Assembly: GCA_021432655.1 (NCBI GenBank)
Contig: MU271332.1
Location: 20,944 to 84,943, forward strand
Direction: 5' to 3'
DNA length: 64,000 nucleotides
Origin: Atractiella rhizophila
Taxonomy: Eukaryota
The first letter of the stretch is position 1; each line of letters starts with the position of its first letter. Both the position numbers and the translations under genes were made by a program. The notes under the pieces were generated by a model. The model was not told where the DNA came from. It did not search any database and saw only the letters and a program-made list of their open reading frames with translations. This document shows positions 46,801 through 58,905 of the stretch, one piece after another.

Positions 46801-49800
46801 GCCTATTGACCCTTCGATCTGGGAAGAGTACGACATTTGCATGACTGGTGCTGCTCTCGCTCAATACGAAGGAACCCCGATGTGGCTTGACCTTGTCCAA
46901 CACACTTGGGTCTACGCTCGTGTCTCACCCGCGCAGAAAGAATATATCTTGACGACTCTCAAATCTCTCGGCTTTACGACTCTGATGGCTGGAGACGGAA
47001 CGAACGATGTCGGCGCGCTGAAGCAGGCTCATGTTGGAGTTGCGTTGTTGAATGGCACGATGGACGATTTAAAAAAGATCGCGGAGCATCAGAGAAACGA
47101 GAGGATCAAGAAAGTTTACGAGACGCAGTTGAAGATGAGCGCGAGATTCGGACAACCTCCTCCTCCACCTCCGAAGGCAATTCAGCACCTCTATCCCAAT
47201 TTACAAGAAGCTCAACGACAGGCAGCTGCTCAGTTTGCAGAGAATAAAAGGAAGAACCCGATGGAGAAGGTATGGGAGTTTCGCCTTGATTCTCCAAAGC
47301 TGATTAAGCTTGATGTAGTTTAACCTTGAGGCGATCACCAGTCAAATGGCAGACTTGGACGATGAGGATCAGCCTCCTGTCATCAAGTTGGGAGACGCAT
47401 CAGTCGCGGCTCCATTCACTTCGAAGTTGTCCAATGTCTCAGCAAGTCAGTGCTTTCTTTCTTTGCTCGGTCCTACCGCTGACGAAATGGCATAGTTACC
47501 AACATCATAAGACAAGGCCGTTGCACGCTAGTCGCCACTACCCAAATGTTCAAGATTTTGGGACTCAATTGTCTCATTTCAGCCTACAGTCTCAGTGTAA
47601 TATATCTCGAGGGCATCAAGTTTGGCGACTATCAAGTCACCATCACGGGGATGTTGATGTCGGTCTGCTTTCTTTGCATTTCACGAGCGAAGGTATGTCG
47701 AGCCAATTCACCACCTCATGCGAGCTTACCCTACTGCAGCCTATTGAAAAATTGTCGAGAGAACGACCGCTTAGCAGCATATTCAACTTCTATGTCATTG
47801 TTTCCATACTCCTCCAGTTCGCCATACACATCGCTTCCATGCTGTATATCGGTGCGCTTTGTGAGAAAATTGATCCGTAAGCTTTTCTTTCCATCAGTTG
47901 ATTGTTGTTGAAGTTGTCGACAGCCGCAAGGAGAAGGTCGATCTGGAAGCCGAGTTCAAGCCAAGCTTGCTAAACTCAGCCATATACCTCATTTCCCTCT
48001 CGCAGCAAGTTTCGACCTTTGCCATCAACTTCCAAGGAAGGCCGTTTAGGGAAGGCATCACCGAAAACTCTGCTCTGTACTATGGATTACTCGGTGTTGC
48101 TGGTGTCGCTGTTTGCGGCGCATGAACCATCCCTAATAGCTTAAGAGTTCTCGCCTGCAAGTTTTGGTCGTTCTTGGAGAAGTCATCTCCCGGCCGGAGG
48201 ATTTGTTTGGAGGGCTTCCCAAAATTTTCGGCAACACGTCTTCAGTTCGATTGCGAGTGCGCGTTTGACGACCATTACTACTCTTCTTACCACAATGGCA
48301 GGCAAGGGAGAGCCGTGAGTGGTGCTTTAATAGCATAACGAGGTTGAATTGATATATGATTTTGGGGAGACAGGGCTATAAACTCGCCGGACATTCAACA
48401 CATTTCCCTCCATCGGCGGCTCCCTCTCCTCCTTCATGTCTACATCCTACCGTTCATCTTCTTCTATCCATTTGCCGCATACGCCTACTACATTGCGTAC
48501 GTTTAATAATACTTTCCTACAATCCTTGGAAGCATTTGGCTGATATTCGGGGAAGGTATGACCAATTGCTTGGTGGCGAAGAATGGACTTTTGCGCTCTG
48601 TGTTACGCTCTTCGGAGGTCATGCGCTCTCTTGGTTGGGAACGAGATGGAGCCCCGGTTTTAGGGTAACTACTACTAGCTTGAAGGTATGCTCCCTCGGT
48701 TATTCGTGATGGGCTGGCTTGACGATGACGTCTGGGAAGGCAAACGATGTAGAGACGGCGCAAGTCGTCTGTGTCGTGCCTCAAAAGCACAAAGGCAAGA
48801 CGGAGCTGGTAGAGTTGAAGAAGAACGAGGTTTGTTCTTTCCCTCCTTAGGCTCACTTGATTGGCTGACCGCCCATCCACAGCGCCTGGATCAACCTCCA
48901 CTTTTTTACTTCAACTTCCAAAAAGACAAATATCTGTATGATTCTTCTACGCACACCTTCTCCCGAGTAGTCTATCCATGTGACGAGCCCAAGACAATGT
49001 CCTACTACCAATCTCAAAAGGGACTCTCAGCTGCAGCACAAGAGAAAATGCACGCTGATTATGGCCTCAACATATTCGACATCCCCGTTCCTACCTTCAA
49101 GGACCTCTTCATCGAGCAAGCACAAGCACCTTTCTTCGTCTTCCAGGTATTCTGTGTCAGTCTATGGATGATCGACGAGTATTGGTATTATTCCATTTTC
49201 ACAGGATTCATGCTCGTAGTGTTTGAATGCACTGTCGTTTGGCAGGTTCGTTCTTCACTTGCTTCGTTTTGAAGTATAGACATTGTGCTGACGTATGTCA
49301 TATTTACAGCGACTGCGAACGGTTAATGAGTTTAGGACCATGTCCATCAAACCCTACCCCATCCTTGTGCACCGTGAAGGCAAATGGATCGAAACTCAGA
49401 CTGACGCCCTTCTTCCTGGTGACCTCGTCTCCGTCACGCGAACCAAAGAGGATTCTGGGATTGCATGCGACTTGCTTCTCCTTCGCGGATCGTGTATCGT
49501 CAACGAAGCCATGTTGTCAGGAGAGAGCACGCCGCTGTTGAAGGAAAGCATTGAACTTCGAGATGGACGAGAAGGATTTGACATGAATGGGGCGGATAAG
49601 AACTCGGTGCTGTTCGGGGGCACGAAAGTCTTACAGGCTACTACTCCTTCAAAGGAGTCGGGAACTGTTCGTAAGTCTTGCTTCCACCTGGCGCACAGTG
49701 GGGTTGCTGAACGGTGCGTGAAGCACCGGATGGAGGATGCGTTGCATTGGTGCTACGCACAGGTTTCGGAACTTCTCAAGGTCAGCTAATTCGGACAATG

Positions 49801-52448
49801 ATATTCTCCTCTGAGAAGGTTGGTGCCGGAAACTGGGAGGCATTTGCATTCATTGCTTTCCTCCTCGTATTCGCCATCGCTGCCTCCGCCTACGTCTGGA
49901 TCAAGGGTCTCGAGGATAACCGGCCTAAAGGAAAGCTTCTCCTGGACTGTGTCATCATCATCACCAGCGTCGTTCCTCCAGAACTGCCAATGGAGTTGAG
50001 CATGGCGGTCAATGCGAGTTTGGTTGCGCTTGGCAAGTATGGTGAGTCTATTCCCTCTCTTTTATTACGCCAATGAACGAAGGAAGATTGATCTGGCGGT
50101 GTAGCCATCTTCTGTACCGAGCCTTTCAGGATTCCATTCGCTGGAAAAGTCGATGTTTGTTGTTTTGATAAGACCGGAACGATCACATCGGAGGAATTGG
50201 TGTTGGAAGGGGTTGCTGGAGCGAAGACGGAGGATCTCAAGTCTCTCATTGACGTACGGTCAACCTCTTACGAGTCAACGCTCACTATCGCCGCTGCCCA
50301 CGCTCTGGTTCTACTCGATGACGGTGTGGTTGGAGACCCTATGGAAAAGGCCACTCTGGATGCACTTGAATGGAAAGTCAACGCTGGGGACAATATCGCA
50401 CCTGCATCGAAGGAGGCGCCAAATAGAGCTAATATTGAGGTCAAGAGGAGATATCAGTTCTCAAGCGCACTCAAGAGGATGTCAACCGTTTCATGGGTTA
50501 GCAAAGAGAACACAAAGAAGACTCTCGTCGCAGTTAAAGGTGCACCCGAGACACTAAAGGGCATGTACAAAGAGCTCCCAAGGGAATACGAGGCGACCTA
50601 TAAGCATTTTGCTCAGAGGGGAAGCCGTGTATTGGCGTTAGGGTATAAATGGATTGAGAATCTGAACATGAGCCAGGTTTGTCCGTTGCTTGAGTGTGCG
50701 AGTAAATGCTGAGGTACAACAGATCAATTCCCTCCCAAGGGAGAAAGTTGAGAGCGATCTCACCTTTGCTGGGTTCCTGGTTTTCACAAGTCCTTTGAAG
50801 GAGGACGCCGTCAGGACCCTGAGGATGCTCATCGATTCGTCACATCGTGTTTGTCTTTCCACACTTCCTTATGTTGACTGATGGCTCATGATGCGCAACC
50901 TACTTCAGTGTATTATGATTACTGGAGATAACCCACTCACCGCGTCGCATGTGGCTCGAGATGTCGAGATTGTCGATCGTGAGGTCATGATTCTGGATCG
51001 CAAAGAAGAAGGTGCCGAGAAAGGTAAGCAGTCCGTTGTATTCTCCCTTGCAAACTCTAATCTGGCTCGAAGAACTCGTCTGGCGCACTGTGGACGATAG
51101 GAAGGTCATTCCGGTGGATGTTACTCAGCCTATTGACCCTTCGATCTGGGAAGAGTACGACATTTGCATGACTGGTGCTGCTCTCGCTCAATACGAAGGA
51201 ACCCCGATGTGGCTTGACCTTGTCCAACACACTTGGGTCTACGCTCGTGTCTCACCCGCGCAGAAAGAATATATCTTGACGACTCTCAAATCTCTCGGCT
51301 TTACGACTCTGATGGCTGGAGACGGAACGAACGATGTCGGCGCGCTGAAGCAGGCTCATGTTGGAGTTGCGTTGTTGAATGGCACGATGGACGATTTAAA
51401 AAAGATCGCGGAGCATCAGAGAAACGAGAGGATCAAGAAAGTTTACGAGACGCAGTTGAAGATGAGCGCGAGATTTGGACAACCTCCTCCTCCACCTCCG
51501 AAGGCAATTCAGCACCTCTATCCCAATTTACAAGAAGCTCAAAGACAGGCAGCTGCTCAGTTTGCAGAGAATAAAAGGAAGAACCCGATGGAGAAGGTAT
51601 GGGAGTTTCGCCTTGATTCTCCAAAGCTGATTAAGCTTGATGTAGTTTAACCTTGAGGCGATCACCAGTCAAATGGCAGACTTGGACGATGAGGATCAGC
51701 CTCCTGTCATCAAGTTGGGAGACGCATCAGTCGCGGCTCCATTCACTTCGAAGTTGTCCAATGTCTCAGCAAGTCAGTGCTTTCTTTCTTTGCTCGGTCC
51801 TACCGCTGACGAAATGGCATAGTTACCAACATCATAAGACAAGGCCGTTGCACGCTCGTCGCCACTACCCAAATGTTCAAGATTTTGGGACTCAATTGTC
51901 TCATTTCAGCCTACAGTCTCAGTGTAATATATCTCGAGGGCATCAAGTTTGGCGACTATCAAGTCACCATCACGGGGATGTTGATGTCGGTCTGCTTTCT
52001 TTGCATTTCACGAGCGAAGGTATGTCGAGCCAATTCACCACCTCATGCGAGCTTACCCTACTGCAGCCTATTGAAAAATTGTCGAGAGAACGACCGCTTA
52101 GCAGCATATTCAACTTCTATGTCATTGTTTCCATACTCCTCCAGTTCGCCATACACATCGCTTCCATGCTGTATATCGGTGCGCTTTGTGAGAAAATTGA
52201 TCCGTAAGCTTTTCTTTCCATCAGTTGATTGTTGTTGAAGTTGTCGACAGCCGCAAGGAGAAGGTCGATCTGGAAGCCGAGTTCAAGCCAAGCTTGCTAA
52301 ACTCAGCCATATACCTCATTTCCCTCTCGCAGCAAGTTTCGACCTTTGCCATCAACTTCCAAGGAAGGCCGTTTAGGGAAGGCATCACCGAAAACTCTGC
52401 TCTGTACTATGGATTACTCGGTGTTGCTGGTGTCGCTGTTTGCGGCGC
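43801..52448. repeat. Head-to-tail duplication, units 43801-48121 and 48123-52448
   Basis: Near-identical ~4.3-kb units. The differences I checked are mostly synonymous or intronic. An extra 'a' sits at 48122. Confidence 0.97.
43970..48125 (+). pseudogene. SPF1: SPF1 copy 1, truncated at the duplication junction
   Basis: Same exon structure as copy 2 but ends VAVCGA* at the junction, lacking about 98 C-terminal residues. Confidence 0.85.
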
Positions 52449-52852
52449 CATTGACCTCATCCCAGAGCTCAATCGTTGGCTACAACTTGTTGAGATGGAC
52501 AACGATGTGGGTGCCTTTTTTCTGCTTGGATGACAGCTAGCTAACATGATCTTTGTTCAGTTTCGCTTCAAGCTCTGCGCGGCCATGGTCATCGACTATG
52601 CAGGGGCATATGCCTTGGAGAAGATCTGCAAATACCTTTTCGCGGACACGAGGCCCAAAGCTTTGATCACCCGTGGTATTGAGCGCCGACAGGCACGACG
52701 AGCTAAGGAGAAAGAGGAACAGGTGAATTCTCATCTTCTGTCTTCGGAGATCAACATTGATCAGTCTCTTATAGGATCGCATAGACATGGAGAAGGAGAA
52801 AGAGCGTTGGGCGGAGATGGAAGAGAAGTATGGTAAAAAGAATAGACGTTAA
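48295..52852 (+). CDS. SPF1: P5A-type ATPase (ER transmembrane-helix dislocase) Spf1/ATP13A1
   Basis: [48 protein letters not shown] and [15 protein letters not shown]. Stop at 52850-52852. Confidence 0.96.
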
Positions 52853-53020
52853 TGTCACCCGTAATCTATTTTTCGCCCGATAATCGCACAATAAAGCAGT
52901 CTGTGCAAACTGCAGATCCAATGTTCCAACAGGCGCGTTAGGAAGGCGACGATGACAACAATTCGTTGCATTGCAGAAAGGGCACAGACAAGACGCGGCT
53001 CTTTCATGCACCAGTTGGGC

Positions 53021-54177
53021 TCATTGAATGCGACTTGGACTCTGTATTGATAATCGCTTCGTCTGGTTCGCGATTTCTTGTTCCAAAAATTCGCTCGAAG
53101 TGACCGTTTTTGACGAAGAAGGGCTGACGGGGGAAGTCACACTTCGACAGAAGGCTTTGTGTTCAGGCCAGTGTAACGTTTGACACGCCCTGCTTCCGTG
53201 GTTAACAGCACTTCAAGAAGTGAAATGACTTACTTTGAGCAATATCTGGCTTGTTTACATCCTTGGCATAACTTCAATTTCTGGTCCCCCGGCAAATCGA
53301 ATTCTCCCTTTCCGCAACCTTCCCAGTCACATCGATATGTTCCCATCTTTCGCTCTGCCGCGCACTCTTCCGCAAGCTGACGCATCCTGTCTCCGCCCAG
53401 ATCGCCCTGACTAGTGATTTTTGAACTTTTGAGGGAGGATTTGATGGCGATCTGTGGTTCGAAGCGTCCATAGAAAGAGAGCATGGTATGCCAGACGGTC
53501 AACACTGCACCACATTCAGTAATTACCACGATGGAGAAGAGGGAAAGGCGCGAACCGATAGCGAGATTCCTCTGGTAATTGCAGATTTCGTAATACTCAG
53601 GACCGCCTTTTTCCTTCGTAATCTCGCTCATTGCTTTCATGAACGACGGGTGATTGAAACGGAGTGGTTTATCAGGTTTTTGGGCCTGTAAATCGATAAC
53701 ACAGCTTCCAAAGAGCTCCAGAAAACCCTCTCCTGTTCGCTCAAGTAGTTTCTCGATCTGCAATTCGAAGACGTACACCCTGATTTTTTCGAGATGGTGT
53801 GTCGGGAGACCTTCATTGCGAAAACCTCCCATGAGTCCTGTAAGCAGGTGCCTCCGACGATCCTCATAACCAGCCTCCCTCCACGCGAGAGGGAAAGGTT
53901 CTCCATTCGCCTCCTGATGCAAAGCATACTCGGTAATATCCTTGAGAAGGACATAAATCTCCTCGTACTGTGCTTTGCTCAAGCGAAGCTTAGTTGCAGG
54001 CTCTGAAGAGACAATGTCATTGTCAAGGTGATGACCAGCAAACGCGGTCCTGTCAATCGCGTTCCCATCCAGCTGAGACAGATGTTGCTCTTGCTCAGCA
54101 TTCCACGCTTCGAATTCGTCGATGTCAGCTTGAGTTATGGATCTTGGACTGGGTAGCGTCTGCTTCTTTCGAGGCAT
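53021..54177 (-). CDS. MYND-type zinc finger protein
   Basis: CDWEGC...LKLCQGCKQARYCSK|CQTLHWPEHKAFC. Confidence 0.85.
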
Positions 54178-54246
54178 GATGAAGATCGACTAGCGCTGGC
54201 TGCTGTCACTTGTCAGTTGGAAGGCGTTTGGAACCATCACTGTAGC

Positions 54247-54254
54247 TTTTTATA
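54247..54254 (-). promoter_or_regulatory. TATA box (TATAAAAA)
   Basis: About 70 nt upstream of the MYND gene ATG. Confidence 0.5.
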
Positions 54255-55030
54255 GGGTTATTGGGGACTCAGCATGAACGACGAGAACGACGCGTTTGAG
54301 AACAGAGATGCGGCGAACGCCGACACTCAAACAACGCTACGAATGATAGCGTGTTTGGCGTAGTTGCGCCGACAAAATGAATATAATGGCCCAGAATGGT
54401 ATGAATGATTTCGATATCTCCCTCGAGAATTGTGATATCATTGACAAAATACGGATCACATGCAGTAGTAAGGTGAACGACATGCAAAAACATCAGGCTG
54501 GCTGTACAGGAGTTAATACATTCTTGCAATAACAACATTTTAACAACAAGTAAAGTATTCGTAGGACGAGCAGTGGTGCACAACTGGTTTGAACAGATTT
54601 CTCTGACGAACCTTAAAAGGGATAGATATTAGCAAACTACTCAGCGCGGCTTCATCAGCAGTGAGTACGCAAACTAAGGCTTTAGGAAGCATATATATGC
54701 TCCATTGTCCACAGATAACGCAAACAGAAATGGGACTTGCTTTATATGATGAGCACAACGTCGATTGCAAGTTAATCGCCCTTCGGACAGAAAGTTCATG
54801 CGCACCAGCAACCACACTTCATCCCCCCTTCAAATGACACGCTCCTATACAAGCTCTCCTCTAAATGTGATTTTACACTTTTGTGAGTTTTGGTACGCCA
54901 TGAGTTTGACTGAAGTGGGAGAAGGTGAATTCCGACCGCTTGGCCTAGGCTTGAGGACGTCATCCCAATCCGAATCTCTTTCCCACGACGAACATTCGAA
55001 CGAACGCTACTGAGAGTACTACCAGTGACG

Positions 55031-55958
55031 ATGTCGCTCCTCTACTACGCTTGCATCTCACGCGAACCCGGCGTTGTCATCCTGTCCGAGCACACCTCCT
55101 CCCATCCCCTCTCTTCGTCCTCTTCCTCCACCGCCCCCAACCCGTCCTATGCGTCCTCAGTCATCCTCTCCAAACTCCCTCCCAACGACAGCAAACTCAG
55201 TATGTCGCCTTTTCTTTTGCATGTACTACCAAGAGCATCTATCATGTTTGTTTGCGAAACCAAAGCTGATCGAAGTATGGACAGCCTATGCCTCGGACGC
55301 CTTCCTCTTCCACTACATCAAGTCCTCCGGCCTCACATTCCTCGTCATGACCTCCGACACCGCCGGCCGCAAGATGCCCTTCGCCTTCCTGAACGAGCTC
55401 CAAAGCGCCTTCCTGTCCCAATTCACCCGGGACCAAATATCCGACGCTCCCGCCTATGGGATGAACTCCTTCTCGAAGCAGATTGCCCAGATGATGCACC
55501 AGTTCGAGACGAATCCTCCCCGCGACCCTCTACAGGAGGCGCAGAGGGAACTGGACGGCGTGAAGAGCACGATGGTTAGGAACGTGGAGGCGATTTTGAG
55601 CAGGGGGGAGAGGTTGGACCTCTTGATCGATAAGACGGACAATATGAGTGCGCAGGCGAAGGCGTTCAGGAAGAGGACCGTCGTCTTGAGGTTCGTCCGC
55701 ACCCAACTTCTTCCCTTCCTTTCTATGCTATTCTGTGCGTGATTTAGAAGGCAAACTGATGATGAGGAATACAGGAGACAAATGTGGTTCAAAAACGTCA
55801 AACTCATGTTCCTCATCGGTCTAACCATCTTTCTCATCATCTACCTCCTCCTCGTGCGTCTCCTTTCTCTCCTCTGCTCCCACACACTCCTGATTCTGAA
55901 TTGAATCGATAACGGACAGGCATCCTCCTGTGGACCGCTGCTGCGTTGCGGATCTTGA
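55031..55958 (+). CDS. Longin R-SNARE, VAMP7-like
   Basis: Longin domain (ILSKLPPNDSKL, FLFHY, GRKMPFAFL), R-SNARE motif (MVRNVEAILSRGERLDLLIDKTDNM) and a C-terminal TM. Confidence 0.92.
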
Positions 55959-56348
55959 GCTGTTTGCTCTCTTGCCCCGCCCTGATGGATTGTTGTGGAT
56001 TATTGTGAATCGAATGATTGACCTACCCGGACGGTGGAAGGGAATGACAATGTATTTGTAGGATGTTGCTCTTTCTCGACGATAATATTATGATGTCTCC
56101 TTCCTCCTTTCGTCGCAATTGAAGGGTACAAAGGGAGCAAGAAATGGGGGTATACAACAGCCGACTCGGCATTAATAAGTATTGCAGTACGACGACGACG
56201 ACGACCTCCGACCAGACGAATGAAATGTAGCTATGCACCTGTCTCCTTTCCTCATCCTCTCTACCTGGACATGTAACCCCTCCAAACCCTTCTCATGACA
56301 TGTAACCTCCTCAAACTGTCATGTGCTCCGACATTACTACTTGAAAAA

Positions 56349-57674
56349 TCATGAACGTCCCTGAATCCCGAACCCCCGCAAGCCTAACACCTTCCTCACG
56401 TCGTGCGTAAACCGAAGACTGTCTAATAGAGGTAAAAGGTCCATGAGCGCCGTGTCGTGCGGGTCAGACATCCATCCGGGGATGGGAATCGCGTTAGCTA
56501 TCACCCATAAACCAACATCAACACCAACATCTCTTTATCCTCCATCCTCCATCTTTCCCAGCCAAGAAAACATGCGGGATTGAGGAGGGAGAGGACATAC
56601 CTTCGTTCTTTGCGTAACTGACAGGACTGTTGTCCACCAAAGCGACCCTCGCCAAGTCCTCCTCCACCAAACTCAAATCTTTGACGTACGAACCTCCACG
56701 GTCGAGGGTGCACGAGTCGCGGAAGTAACGTCCCATGATGATGTTTTGTCCTGCGTCGAGCCAGTCGATCACTGGGTCGGCGTATTCGCGCATGCTCGCC
56801 GTGAAGACGATGATGGTGTACCAACGCGAGACCTTGGCCCTCTTTAGCTTCAAGAAAGGGGAGTGAGTAGGAGGGGGATGACGCACTTTTCGGAGGAAGA
56901 AGTCGCACCCTGGACGCTTGTAGACGTGGTAGAGCATACTCCGTCCGTCAATCGACACCTCGACCATTCGGAACTGCCAACAACAGAACCACCACATGAG
57001 CTCCTCACAACCCTGGCGATAACAACCCTGCAGTGCAGCATAGAAAGGAGAAAGCGCACCTTGAGCCCCTTAAACTTTCCTCCGCCTCCTCCACCGCCTG
57101 GCCTAGTGGTAGAATGTATGAGAGTCTCGTCCAAATCCAAGACGAGCGTCTTCGGTCCGAGGGGAGAGGTGAGTTTGCGTTCCTTCCCAGCCCCTGGACC
57201 GATCAATGTGAGAGGTATCGAGTTCGCGTTCGAGCTTGAATTTGACCGCGAGCGAGAGGGAGGGGTGCGTCGACGGGAGAAGAGGACGGACGCGAAGGTG
57301 CGCGGCTCTTTGTCCGCCCCCACTCCCTCTCCTGCTCCACCTGCACCTGCAGCTGTGGAAGTCGACGCTTCGGCATTTGAGGTCGGACTTGGGCTGGCCG
57401 ATGGGACAGATGAGGATGCGGTTGTGGACAGGGACGGGTTTCGGATCTCCTTCCTTTTGAGCCCCAGGAGCTGGAGTAGCCGCTTGAGTAGCCGGTAGAG
57501 GTACCGCCGGGGGATGGAGGAGAGAGGCAGATCGGAGGAGAGCGGTGGGAGGGCGTCTTCGAGCTGTGGCGGCTTGGGGAAGTCGTCCACCTCGAGTGCT
57601 TCTGGCGATGGCGAGTGCGACCGTGAGTGGGAGGGAGTGGCCGGCAGACGGAGGGAGGAGGCGAGCGAGTTCAT
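56349..57674 (-). CDS. NEM1: NIF/FCP1-like HAD phosphatase, Nem1/CTDNEP1
   Basis: [53 protein letters not shown] and [21 protein letters not shown]. Confidence 0.88.
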
Positions 57675-58905
57675 GCTGAGGCTCTGGTGGCTCCGTACAG
57701 CGTAGCGTAGTGGCGAAAGTAGGGGAGCAGCAAGGTGAATAAGGTAGAAAGGTAGAAATAGGGAGATGAAGATGGTGGTCCTGTTGAAAGAGATCAGAAA
57801 ACACGTTCACTCAATCAAGCACCAACACGCACAAGTATTACTAACAACCAATCCAATCTAACCGAATCTGCATCTATGCTGGGCAATCGCGAGTTGGGCA
57901 ATCTATCAGGACACAGTTGGGTCGAGAGTTGGGTCGCAGAGGCGATCGTTTATGTACCAGTGGGGAAGCAAACAATGGTGCGTTGGGGCGAACGGCTCGG
58001 AGGTCAAGTGATGGAGGTTGGGGTGCGTGACCACAGATTTCCTTTCCTCCATCATGCTCTCTCTCTCCGTCTCCGTCTGACCATCGGTCGGTCAAAGACC
58101 TTGAGGGAGGACAGGGGTTTTATTCTCCCCTGCAATGTCATGTTATAGTGACCATTGAATGCTCGGGTTTCATAAAGAGGATGCACTGTTTCATTTTACG
58201 AGTCCCCCTGTATTATTTATTGTCTTCTGCAACGAGCAAGGCCGTATCCACTACAATTCCAACGGTGAGACTCCGACTTGTCCAGCTCGCATAGCTATAT
58301 AGTAGTTCACAAGCAATCAGAAGTCTTTAGCATTCACTAATGTCTGTCTATATTGGTTGCATCAGGGGAAGGATGCGACTTCTTATGAGCAGGAAACGAT
58401 CAACTTGATGTGACTGTTGGAGAGATTGTTGAGATTTGTGGCAATGCTAACCGAATGAAGTGCTATGCTATGAAACCCATGCAACTCATTCTGTACTTGC
58501 GAGGTGATTTCCATAGTTGTCGATTGTTCATCCCAAGCATCAATCGACAGAAGTGCATGGACTAGAGTAAGTTTAACTGAGACCAGTCGGTCCGATAATA
58601 TCTGTTTGTTCATAACAGAAATGAGTTACCACAGAACGTTCACGTTGCCGAGGCTATGGCGTTAAAGGGCAATGTCATGGTATTTACCCTCTCATTTTTT
58701 GGTCGTGCGCAAACGACAATGGTTCAGGAAATGTGCCCATGTCAATAAATGGATAGATACCAACAAATTTATGCTTTCCATATTATTTGGCATATTCGCA
58801 ACAGTTGAGTCAGAAGAATTCAAACAATCCTACAGAACAACCTTCAGCACTTGTCATTCTTCCTCACAATACATCTTTGTAAATAGTCAGAGTACCGTCC
58901 ATATT

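Noticed and set aside
56268..56325. Short imperfect direct repeat GACATGTAACC and a nearby (GAC)n tract
   Set aside because: These are small repeats in 3' UTR or intergenic sequence with no further structure.
58517..58550. Inverted repeat TGTCGATTG...CAATCGACA (hairpin)
   Set aside because: A single 9-10 bp stem is expected by chance in 64 kb, and there are no other ncRNA hallmarks.
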